NCBI GenBank assembly: GCA_002269645.1
Contig: NIVC01000801.1
Span: 1-64,000, forward strand
DNA length: 64,000 nucleotides
Direction of reading: 5' to 3'
DNA from: Macrostomum lignano
Taxonomy: Eukaryota
The notes beneath the pieces are model-generated. The model was not told the origin of the DNA and ran no database searches. It saw nothing but the letters and a program-made list of their open reading frames with translations. This document shows positions 20,529-31,399 of the stretch, one piece after another. Numbering within the stretch: position 1 is the stretch's first letter; each line of letters opens with the position of its first letter. The translations under genes and the position numbers were made by a program.

Positions 20529-22055
20529 GCCCCCAGCTAACCCAGTCCCGCTCCCCACCCGCAGGTGCGCAAGATCGGTGATGAGTACTACTCGTACCTG
20601 GTGCAGTGCCGCAACCCGAAGGCCTGCACCATCGTGCTGCGCGGCCCCAGCAAGGACATCCTGAACGAGATGGACCGCAGCCTCAATGACGCCCTTAACG
20701 TTGCCCGCAACATCGTCTTGAAGCCGAAGCTCTGCCCGGGCGGCGGCGCCTTCGAGATGGCCATCGCCCACGCGGTGTCGGAGAAGGGCAAAGCGCTCAC
20801 CACGGTGCACCAGGGCCCCTACCGCGCCCTGGCCGCGGCCCTGGAGGTGATCCCGCGCACCCTCATCCAGAACTGCGGCGCCAACGTCATCAGGACTTTG
20901 ACGGCGCTGAGGGCGAAGCACGCGGGCACGGAGCCGGAGGACTGGATGTGGGGCGTGGACGGCGAGACGGGCAAACTGCGCCACATGAAGGCTGACGGCA
21001 TCTGGGAGCCGCTCAGCGTTAAAAATCAGGTGCTCAAGACCGCCACTGAGGTGAGGAGCTGCGGGATTTTACATTATTTTTTTGTGCTGAAATGTGCACC
21101 GGGTCAATATTCTCCAGCCTTTAAGACCGGCTACAATCCTCACCTGTTCACCTGAGAATCCTCACCTGTTCACCTGAGAATCCTCACCTGTTCACCTGAG
21201 AATCCTCACCTGTTCACCTGAGAATCCTCACCTGTTCACCTGAGAATCCTCACCTGTTCACCTTAGAGTCCCAACCTGTTCACCTGAAAATCCTCACCTG
21301 TTCACCTTAGAATCCTCACCTGTTCACTTGAAAATCCTCATCTGTTCACCTGAGAATCCTCACCTGTTCACCTGAGAATCCTCACCTGTTCACCTTAGAA
21401 TCCTCACCTGTTCACTTGAAAATCCTCATCTGTTCACCTGAGAATCCTCACCTGTTCACCTGAGAATCCTCACCTGTTCATCTGAGAATCCCCACCTGTT
21501 CACCTTAGAATCCTCACCTGTTCACCTTAGAATCCTCACCTGTTCACCTGAGAATCCCCACCTGTTCACTTGAGAATCCTCACCTGTTCACTTGAGAATC
21601 CTCACCTGTTCACTTGAGAATCCTCACCTGTTCACCTTAGAAATCCCCACCTGTTAACTTTAGAATCCCCACCTGTTCACCTTAGAATCCCCAGCTGTTC
21701 AGCTTAGAATCCCCACCTGTTCACCTTAAAATCCTCACCTGTTCAGCTTAGAATCCCCACCTGTTCACCTTAAAATCCCAGCCCGTTCACCTTAAAATCC
21801 TCACCTGTTCAACTTAGAATCCCCACCTGTTCACCTTATAAATCCCCACCTGTTCACCTTAGAATCCTCACCTGTTCACCTTATAAGCCTCACCTGTTCT
21901 CAAAACCGCCATGTCCCTCGCAGACGGCCATCCTTCTGCTCCGCATTGACGACATCGTGTCGGGCACGAAGAAGGGCGGCGTTGAGGGCGCCGCCGCCGC
22001 GGCCAAAGCTGCCGCTAACGAAGCTGCGCAGCCAGCTGCCGGAGGCGACGAGTGA
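15955..22055 (+). CDS. CCT3: T-complex protein 1 subunit gamma (CCT/TRiC gamma), about 560 aa, 5 exons, apparent 1-bp deletion near 19585
   Basis: Exons 15955-15985, 18220-18596, 19276-19931, 20565-21050, 21924-22055; GT-AG with consistent phases. Motifs MSGGTPVIVL-NQNTKREQGRKVQ, TNDGNAIL, DEEVGDGTTSV, EKIPGG, LEYKKGESQT, PGGGAFEM, LLRIDDIVSG. The frame shifts at AATCGCGCATT, where AAT CCG CGC ATT (NPRI) is expected. Confidence 0.97.
18635..19260. repeat. About 22-bp intronic repeat (CCCTGAATCTCAACTATCTCA)
   Basis: In CCT3 intron 2. Confidence 0.92.
19932..20530. repeat. 12-bp CTGTCTGTGTGC repeat grading into (TCTG)n
   Basis: Fills CCT3 intron 3 from the donor onward. Confidence 0.95.
21135..21900. 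repeat. 22-bp intronic repeat (AATCCTCACCTGTTCACCTGAG), about 34 units
   Basis: In CCT3 intron 4. Confidence 0.95.
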
Positions 22056-22093
22056 AGACTGAACTACTGCTGACAAGCAATGCACCGTTTATT

Positions 22094-22107
22094 GTTGCCA
22101 TGGAAAC
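22094..22107. promoter_or_regulatory. RFX X-box-like palindrome GTTGCCATGGAAAC, 39 bp after the CCT3 stop
   Basis: Matches the GTTNCCATGGNAAC X-box consensus; function not shown. Confidence 0.35.
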
Positions 22108-23323
22108 CGTTATGATAAAAAGCAGAACTCACTCACCGAAATCGGCCTCCCCTCGGTCCGCCGCCCACACAAAATTCTAGCAAAATGCATAGTAGTATAT
22201 GTAGTAGTATGCTTTGGTAGGTTTGCTACAATACCGTTGGTTTTTTCTACACACAGCAAGCTGCTGTATGGATATACGCTCGTATACTACTTATGAAATA
22301 ATAATTTTCAATTTATTCTTTTTATTGCTTTTTTTGTGTCTTTGTTTTCTATCCATTATTGTTATAATCCAGCTTGTTTTTCTACTGTGCGCTGCTTCCT
22401 GTTTGTTTGTTTGCTGTGTGTCAGCTGGAGAGAGAGAGAGAGAGAATCAAACTAAAAAACACAGCAGACTGGGAAAACACTCAAAATTAATTAGCAAAAC
22501 TTAATAATTTATAATAGCATATTTAATTAGACACTAATGTGCGCATTTTGCTACTGCTTGAATAGCTGATTTAAAGTAGTATCATTGGGTAATATAAGCA
22601 GCAGATTTGCTTTTTCGCTATGAAAGTTATCAGTTGTACTTTTATTTGCAATTTGGCTTAAAACATTGAGCACTTCAGCCGACAGTTTAATATCCGGTTG
22701 CCCGCCGTGCCATCTTCGTTTTGCTGGTTTATTAATATTTCCTATTTTAATAAAATTAATTAAATTAAGCATCCATTCAAAGCCCTAGCATTTGCCTCTG
22801 CTTTTGCTTGGACGTGCTGTTCAACTTTGGTTTTAGAATTGCTATATACTCTTCTCGGACAACTGCATCCTGTATTTATAGGCAAGTTTGTTATTAATAT
22901 TCAGCAATAATTCCTCCCCCCCAGCAATGTCACTGCAGTTTGAAAGCAGCTCTCTGATGATTTCAATTCTTTCTTTTTCTGCGAAGGATTTAAGCTTAAA
23001 CTGTAAGCCGCCAGTGCTTCTCCTCTCTCTGGTTTGCCTTGTCCAAGTGATTGAGGGTGATGTAGTAATATATTGAAGACGGCAAGTCTTGAAATAAACA
23101 AACAGTTAATTGGAGAAAATAAATTTGAAATACGCAAATGAATTGTATCTGTTTCCAGTGTTTTTTTACTTTAACATTAGGAAATTTACGTGGGAAAATA
23201 TTAAGTTAGGGTCAGGGATATCTCCATTATTTGCATACAACTGTTAGCTTGCATATACCATTCGCTATACATGTAGATCTTGTATGCACAGATAACTTAG
23301 ATAACTGAGTGCGTGTACATTAA

Positions 23324-25050
23324 CAGTAGGAATACCAAGCCATTTTTCCGCCCGTCGAACTACCAAGAGGGGGGGGAAAATTTCCCCCCCCCTGACAATT
23401 TTTTTTGCTGCGCCGGAACGGAGCAACGCAGGCACACGAAATTCAAGAACACGGGCTAACTTTTTGTTGCGCACCTTCTCAAACAAGAATCAAGTCGCCA
23501 GCCCTTCGGACCGTCGAGATATTCGACGATTCTGCCAGAAGGTCGGATTTTTCCCATAAGCGCTAGTGTATTCAGTACACCCCTGTGCGCCAAATAGCAC
23601 TGCGCCTCAGTGCAGCCTTGCCAAGTCTCCAAATTTCATCAGCACGTCGACCAAATGTGTCTGCATCAGTTCTGACTTCGTTGGTTACTGGCCTTCCCCG
23701 AGACGGAGCTTCTAGACCTTCAACAGGTGGAAAAATCACGCTCAGGTGTCCTTACTCCCCTGGTGCCACCTGTTGAAGGTGCCGACGGCGTCGGGGTGAT
23801 GGCTGAATGCTTGACTGACTAGCTGAGGATGTCCAGCAGTTGAGGTTTGCTCATTATTGAAGCTTGATAAGAAAGACCTGACATATTTGCAACAGGACGT
23901 CCATAGTCACCTGATGCTACCTGTTGAAGGTGCCGACGGTGTCGGGATGATGAAGGAATGCTCAGGAGACTAGCTGAGGGTGTCTGGCAGTTGAGGCTTG
24001 CCTACTGTCGAGGCTTGATCGGTGAAACTAGAGAAATCAGCATCAGGGTGTCCATAGTCACTTGGTGTCATCTGTTGAAGGAGCCGACGGCGTCGGGATG
24101 ATGACGGAATGCTTGAGAGACTAGCTGAGAATGTCCAGCAGTTGAGGCTTGCCCACTGTCGAGGCTTGATCGGCGAAACTAGAGAAATTCGCAACAGGCT
24201 GTCCATAGTCACCTGGTGTAATCTGTTGAAGGAGCCGACGGCGTCGGGATGATGACGGAAGGCTTGAGAGACTAGCTGAGAATGTCCAGCAGTTGATTTT
24301 TGCCCACTGTCGAGGCTTGATCGGCGAAACTAGAGAAATCAGCATCAGGTTGTCCATAGTCATCTCGTGTCATTTGTTGAAGGTGCCGACGTCATCGGGG
24401 TGATGACGAAATGCTCGAGAGACTAGCTGACAATGTCCGTCGGTTGAGGTTTGCCCATTATTGAAGCTTGATAAGAAAGACCTGACATATTTGCAACAGG
24501 ACGTCCATAGTCACCTGATGCTACCTGTTGAAGGTGCCGACGGTGTCGGGATGATGAAGGAATGCTCAGGAGACTAGCTGAGGGTGTCTGGCAGTTGAGG
24601 CTTGCCTACTGTCGAGGCTTGATCGGTGAAACTAGAGAAATTCGCATCAAGGTGTTCATAGTCACCTGGTGCCACCTGTTGAAGGTCTAGAAGCTCCGTC
24701 TCGGGGAAGGCCAGTAACCAACGAAGTCAGAACTGATGCAGACACATTTGGTCGACGTGCTGATGAAATTTGGAGACTTGGCAAGGCTGCACTGAGGCGC
24801 AGTGCTATTTGGCGCACAGGGGTGTACTGAATACACTAGCGCTTATGGGAAAAATCCGACCTTCTGGCAGAATCGTCGAATATCTCGACGGTCCGAAGGG
24901 CTGGCGACTTGATTCTTGTTTGAGAAGGTGCGCAACAAAAAGTTAGCCCGTGTTCTTGAATTTCGTGTGCCTGCGTTGCTCCGTTCCGGCGCAGCAAAAA
25001 AAATTGTCAGGGGGGGGGAAATTTTCCCCCCCCTCTTGGTAGTTCTACTG
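23324..25050. mobile_element. Non-autonomous foldback-type DNA transposon, 1727 bp, TTAA-flanked, 374-bp inverted arms enclosing a 151-bp tandem array
   Basis: TTAA at 23320-23323 and 25051-25054; termini CAGTAG...CTACTG; arm 23357-23730 is the reverse complement of 24672-25045 with no mismatch noticed, including homopolymer lengths; internal units start at 23821, 23972, 24123, 24274, 24425, 24576; no transposase ORF. Confidence 0.85.
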
Positions 25051-25069
25051 TTAAGGTTGGGATAAATTG

Positions 25070-25322
25070 GCGTGTGTACATTGGTGCAGAGATGCTCGGT
25101 GTGTGTACATTGGGGCAGAGATGCTCGGTGTGTGTACATTGGTGCAGAGATGCTCGGTGTGTGTACATTGGGGCAGAGATGGCTGGGTGTGTGTACATTG
25201 GGGCAGAAATGGCTGGGTGTGTGTACATTGGGGCAGAGATGGCTGGGCGTGTTTACATTGGGGCAGAGATGGCTGGGTGTGTGTACATTGGGGCAGAAAT
25301 GGGTGGGCGTGTGTACATTGTA
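25070..25322. repeat. 29-30-bp repeat (GTGTGTACATTGGGGCAGAGATGGCTGG)
   Basis: Directly right of the foldback element. Confidence 0.9.
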
Positions 25323-25677
25323 TGAGTACATAGGCATCTTCTTGCATGTGCCTAAAGTGACTAAAAGTGCACCGCGCGGAGAAGAATTCATTCTCTTTAC
25401 AGAATAATCCTCAGTGTATCATCAACTTGAAATGCCCTGAGGCTGTCAATGAAACCTGCCAATCAGACTGCAGACAGTTTAGTTTGGTCCTCAACGATTG
25501 AATATTCAAACATCTCTCTATCTATACAGCTTCCTGGCAATTGCATTTTTCTACTGTGAAGTACTTTAGATGCCTCATCTCCGGCTTCACGATTGCTTTT
25601 AGTAGCAATTTAGCTGTTGCAGTCTAAAATTATCATGCGTTTGTCTGCTAATCTCATTTAATCTCACTATGCTCGAG

Positions 25678-25982
25678 AATCTCACCCAGTTAGCTATCAT
25701 TATCTCACCCAGTTAGCTATCATTATCTCACCCAGTTAGCTATCATTATCTCACCCAGTTAGCTATCATTATCTCACCCAGTTAGCTATCATTATCTCAC
25801 CCAGTTAGCTATCATTATCTCACCCAGTTAGCTATCATTATCTCACCCAGTTAGCCATCATTATCTCACCCAGTTAGCTATCATTATCTCACCCAGTTAG
25901 CTATCATTATCTCACCCAGTTAGCTATCATTATCTCACCCAGTTAGCCATCATTATCTCACCCAGTTAGCCATCATTATCTA
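25678..25982. repeat. 23-bp repeat (CTCACCCAGTTAGCTATCATTAT), about 13 copies
   Basis: Period read from 25681 to 25704. Confidence 0.95.
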
Positions 25983-26881
25983 ACTCAGCTGCGCCTTTAA
26001 CGTCACTCAGCTGCACTTTAATCTCAGTAATGATTCATGTTTCATGCGCAAAATCTTCATCTATTTGCAAAGATCTCTGCTTCTAGTTTTCTGCCCTTCA
26101 GCAGCAGCAGCTGTGCGGGTAGCAACCCAAATGACGTCAATAAACTGTATGCGCAATATTGCCTAAGCCAGCAATTTGTGGGACTTCGGGTCTTCAGACA
26201 GCCCTGCAGTACGAGCTATTGTCTCTGCTTTTTATAACTGCAGTCCAGAATTCTCTGCTTTGTATTTTTGGAATTTAAACATCTGTGCTCAGCTCATTCT
26301 CCTGAGCACAGTAAGAGAAGAAGAATGCAGGGGCCGGTATCTGAGCGGTCAGCCAAGCGCGCAGGAAGGAATTGAAAGAAGAAAAAAACGGACGGAGGGA
26401 GTGACAGACAGACAGAGTTGAGAATGAGGCTGATATAGGGCGGTTTGAAGTGGCATTGGGCAAGGAGTGCTCAGTCCAGAAGCAGGCTGAGATCTCGGTG
26501 AAACAGGGCTGTCGCTGTCCTGTCGACTTTTCCCTCCGGAGCTGCCGTAGTCAGGCGTAGGCGGCAGTTCATCCGCAAGGAGGCAAGCAGTGGCTTTTCA
26601 TTCCGCTGTCCCCTGAGCACCCGCGCGCTCACACAGGCTGTACAGCAGCCAGAAGTTCTCAACGTCTCAGCTCGGTGAGAACCGCACGACAGGCCCCCGT
26701 CCAGTCTGGCACACCGCTCCAGACCCCTGCTCTAGCAGTCCTTGGCTCCCAGAGCCCAATTGTGCATAGAGAGAAAAACAATTCTGCTTTAAAGAAACAG
26801 ACGCGCTTGCTTTTTTCCTAGAGAAGCAAACAGCTCGGCAGAAAGGAAATCAAAGAAGTCCGCAGTTGCTGTACCATTCGA

Positions 26882-27857
26882 ATGTCGGTCCCGCAGCAGC
26901 AGGCCGAAGGTCCAAGCCGCCGCAGCGGCCGCCGCCTGACAGCCAGCAGCAGCAGCGGCGGCGGCCTGAAGACTGGCTGGCTCCGCCATCGACTTCGCCG
27001 ACTGTCGCTGCCGTCACTACTTGCCGGAGGCTTCAGCAGCGGCAGCGGCGGCGGCGGTGGCGGCAGGAGGCGGCGGCGACGGCCTCGAAGTCCTGAGCAG
27101 CCGCTGACGCAGAAGCCGCAACAGACGCTGCAGCCGCCGGTCTCTTCGACACCGAAGACACCTGAAATCCGAGTCGTGCCGCCTTGGCGACCGCTGAGCA
27201 ATGCGGAGCGGCACCGCATCAACCTGCTGTACCACCTGCTCCGCGACCACACCGACGCACTGCGGCTCTGTTCGCTGAGCACCGCGGTTGAAGGCGAGGA
27301 GGACACCGTGGATGCCGAGCTGCTCAGCTCCTGGTTGGGGGTTGCGGCGGATGAGCTGCTGGACGAGTTCGGCGATGATGACGAAGTCTGGACGTCGGGC
27401 GGCAGCGAGTGCGACTGCGAGTGCGACTGCGAGGAGGAGGACGAGGACTGCTTTAGGCTGAAGAGTGAGCTCGGTTTGCTGTATGGATAAACTCACTCCC
27501 AATAAACTCACTCCCGATAAACTCACTCCCGATAAACTCACTCCCGATAAACTCACTCCCGATAAACTCACTCCCGATAAACTCACTCCCGATAAACTCA
27601 CTCCCGATAAACTCACTCCCGATAAACTCACTCCCGATACTGCAGAGTGCAAATGCGACTCGGACTCCTGCCACAGCGGGCACTCGGCTGCTCCAAGCGG
27701 TTCAAGCACCAGCGTCGCACGGAGCGCTGGAACCAGGAGTACGACAGGGAATATCGGAAGACTGTGGGACTGTGGGACCGCAACTGGCACATCAAATGAT
27801 GAATATGATGATGACCTTGATTTCGATCCATTCTCTGACCCATCGATTCTACCTTGA
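26882..27857 (+). CDS. Uncharacterised two-exon protein, about 264 aa, with low-complexity N-terminus and acidic/Cys-rich segment
   Basis: Exon 26882-27464 (AAGA|GTGAGC) joins exon 27646-27857 (CTGCAG|AG) in phase 1 across an intron filled with a 15-bp repeat; GC-rich coding-like codons; no family recognised. Confidence 0.6.
27487..27640. repeat. 15-bp intronic repeat (GATAAACTCACTCCC)
   Basis: Fills the intron of the 26882 orphan gene. Confidence 0.95.
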
Positions 27858-28232
27858 CCTATTTTTAAACCCATCTATTCGACCCACTCTGACCCATCAA
27901 CTTGCTGATCTATGTGGTGTTCAGCATGTACTTTCTCGCTCGATCGAAAGCGCCCACGTGTAAATAGTATGTATCACAAGAAAGTGCATTAGTTTTAAGC
28001 GCCTGCACACACAGTGTAGTCACGTGTAAAAATGGTGACTTTTTATAAAGTTTTATAAAATTTTAATACCGGAACTTTCTACTTCCGCAGCCTCTTATAA
28101 TTGTGTCTTAATTATCGCCGCGTACTCGAACAGTGCTGCGCCGCAGCGTTGTTGATTTCTGTTCTTCCTCAAGTTTTCTTTGTTTGTTTTGAGACTGCGC
28201 TCGTGTTATTAAAAAAATTGGTCCCTCCTCCC

Positions 28233-28682
28233 GGTCAAGCCCTTCTTACAAATGTACATTATCTACCCCGCCCCGTTTCTCTGTCTCTCCTATCGGTCAA
28301 GCCCTTCTTACAAATGTACATTATCTAGCCCGCCCCGTTTCTCTGTCTCTCCTATCGGTCAAGCCCTTCTTACAAATGTACATTATCTACCCCGCCCCGT
28401 TTCTCTGTCTCTCCTATCGGTCAAGCCCTTCTTACAAATGTACATTATCTACCCCGCCCCGTTTCTCTGTCTCTCCTATCGGTCAAGCCCTTCTTACAAA
28501 TGTACATTATCTAGCCCGCCCGGTTTCTCTGTCTCTCCTATCGGTCAAGCCCTTCTTACAAATGTACATTATCTAGCCCGCCCCGTTTCTCTGTCTCTCC
28601 TATCGGTCAAGCCCTTCTTACAAATGTACATTATCTAGCCCGCCCCGTTTCTCAGTCCCTCCTATCGGTCAAGCCCTTCTTA
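28233..28682. repeat. 62-bp minisatellite, about 7 copies
   Basis: Period read from 28236 to 28298. Confidence 0.95.
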
Positions 28683-28907
28683 TTGCAGTTTTAATAGAAG
28701 TACATTTAGTCGAGAAAAACGCTTTGGAATTGAAAATCAGTACGCAGAAAACAAACTGCTGCTTTAAGGGTTGAGCTCTGGTTAGTAAAACTGCTATTCA
28801 ACACGGAGTTTTGTATTTCAAATGCGGAATAGTTTGCACATGCTACAGCTAAGGCACGCGAAACACAGCGATGAAATTTAATGGGATCAGCAGAGTCCGT
28901 ATTGCGT

Positions 28908-29880
28908 CTAAAAGGGACTAAATTTAGCGGCAATGACAGAGACAGTGAGGCAAGATAAAGCAAATAAGAAAAGAAGCGTTTTAAAATCCAACTGCACAGA
29001 ATCGGGATTGAGAAGCAATGCAGGTTTAAAAAGCGGGACAAAGCAAACATTCTTCTTTTTGGAGACCTTAACACATGGACTAAATGAATGACGCTGCATA
29101 GTCACAATCCTATGCTTGATAGCTGTGATTTTATCGATTTTAACAAAAACTTTAATAGTATACGCTTTGAAAAATTATTATCTTATTAATACCAAAAAAG
29201 TCAAGCAGCTTACCTTAGCCACTTACCATCCAGCAACAGACTCCGGTCAACTTCGGTAACTAACAAAGCGAAAACCCTCACCAACAATGCCAAAGATTTT
29301 GATCTCGCAGATGGTGAGCAGGTCGCCTGTACGTGACTGAACTCGCAGTCTCCGGCCACCGGCACCGCAGGAAACGTTGAACACCGACTCGGGAGTTGAT
29401 GTCGAGTAGCTGGCGCACTCGGCGCCGTCCATCAGCAGCTGGAAGTTACCCAGCCTGTGCGGGCAGCAGTTGGCCCGGTTCCACAGGGAGACGAAGTCGA
29501 CTCGAACCGTGACGTCGAACTGAGCCTCCCACCAGCCGTTGTTGTCGCCTGTGGCGGTGCAGCTCCCGCCGTTCCAGTTCCGATTTGTGTTGCCATCGAT
29601 TGCTTTGCCGCAGACACTGCCGCTGCTCCAGTCCGAGGACTGCGAACAGGAATTGGCTGACAGCTGGGCTGATGCAGCTGAGAGGCTGGGCAGCAGCAGG
29701 GCTGCTAGAGTCTGCAACCTGAGTTGTATTGTAAGGGTTTATCAGCAGTGACCTACAGAAATTGTAGATGGTAGTAGTTAAATTGTAGTAGCTTTTACCG
29801 GATGCTACACTTCAAAATGATGCAAATTCGGTTGAGTCTTATCAAACTGACGGGAAAAATATTGAGTGGCTTAGGGCCAT
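28908..29880 (-). CDS. F-type lectin (fucolectin/FTP domain) protein with signal peptide
   Basis: Core exon 29718-29282 encodes SQSS..AIDGN..GSCTAT..WWEAQF..V..WNRANCC..RL..L.ICEIKIF, the F-lectin pattern. Putative exon 1 29880-29852 completes a signal peptide (MALSHSIFFPLQTLAALLLPSLSAASA). Putative downstream exons 29250-29227 and 29122-28908 fit by phase but are less certain. Confidence 0.8.
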
Positions 29881-31399
29881 AGTCTATGGATAGTAATGTG
29901 TTATTGGGTGGTGTGGGCCATAGACTACAGAAAATAATGGGTTAGGTTTACAAAACCGAGTTTCTTGTTCCTTCTGTCCATGGTGTCTAATCCCTGATTT
30001 AGTGCCGAGTCCTCGCTTGAGGGGGAGAAAGTGGAAATCGGAAAATGCGAAGCAAATTTTGCGAGCCTTCAAAGGACCGGTATAATACGTAAAGAAGAAA
30101 TTTCTTTTCTACAGTAAATGAGAATGAACAGCGTCAGAACACGTCCTTTGATGTTCATTCGTCTGTTCAGAAGCGTCCTCGCATGACAGCAAGACCGACT
30201 GTATGCTTGACTTGACCTAAGCTCTTCTAAAAGAAGTGAGATATGAGGGTCTGGAGTTAGATTGGGAAGTGGATGTGCTATCCCATGGAAGGACCTTGAT
30301 GAAATGTCTCAGTGCACATTTTCTAGTCAACTAGCGTGACAAGTTATCCACTGATATCGAGCACAGACAGTTTGCATGGATGAGCCTCAAATTATAAGCC
30401 CAAGAGACCGCAAGCAAGGTTTATATTCGTATGAGTCGTATGAGTCAATTAACCAATGCTTAGAAACTGCGGCGTCAAAGTACAACTCCCAAGACAAAAA
30501 GAGCTCTAAGCCATTAGGAGCTTGGAGGAAATGTATCGAAGCATCAGTTTACACCATAGACAGATTGAGTTGTTGAAAGCCAGATAAGCAGGATGACTCA
30601 TCCCTGCTCACCCGCGCGTGAAGTTTATTGGCTGCCTGGAGGGAGTAAACCGGATGACTCATCCGCCCAAATATATTTTAGCACACTAAAGCACGTGACT
30701 GCGCACGCATACGGTGCGTGGCATCTGACCTTAAGTCACGCCACTGTTGCCTGGCAGGATTGCCTTATTTGGAAGTTGGCCTTGAAGCACGCCTCTCTTG
30801 CATGACTCTGAGGCATGAAACTCATGTGACTTTTTGGGGTCGCTCGGCTATAAATACGGAGCACCTGGGAGCTGTTTTTCCTCAGACGCGTTCCCCGGAG
30901 GACCGGAGTTTCCTCCCAGCCTCCGCCTGCAAGGAGCTCCACTTCTCTCATTTCAGGCTTACAAGTTTTCAGGTTCGAGCAGCAATTTTAGGAACTTTGC
31001 CAATCAACTGTCGAGACATTTTCAGATCTGCCTTGCTCCGAGCGACTTCGTCATTTTCTTTCAGGTTACGGATAGACAACTCAACCGACAAGTCGAGTCC
31101 GCAAACCAAGGTGGCAGCAACCTTACCAAGTCAAAGGCTAACGTTTTAGGTTTCTTTTAGGCAAATCGATAGGTAGTACAGAGGTACTATCTAGCAACTT
31201 CCGGAGCAGCGAGTTCATTTTAGGTACACTGACAGAACTCGGCAAGGAGCGTAACAAATTCGAGAAGATCATAGTGAGGACAGAAAGCCGGAGCACTTTA
31301 TCCAGTTCATCAGCCACTTTAGTCGTACTGACGATGACGACGTCATGTCAGTGGAGCTGCCTGCCGACAGTAGATTGTGACAATGCCAATGAGAACGCT

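Noticed and set aside
19470-20984. 504-aa minus-strand ORF
   Set aside because: Antisense of CCT3 exons joined by a GACA repeat.
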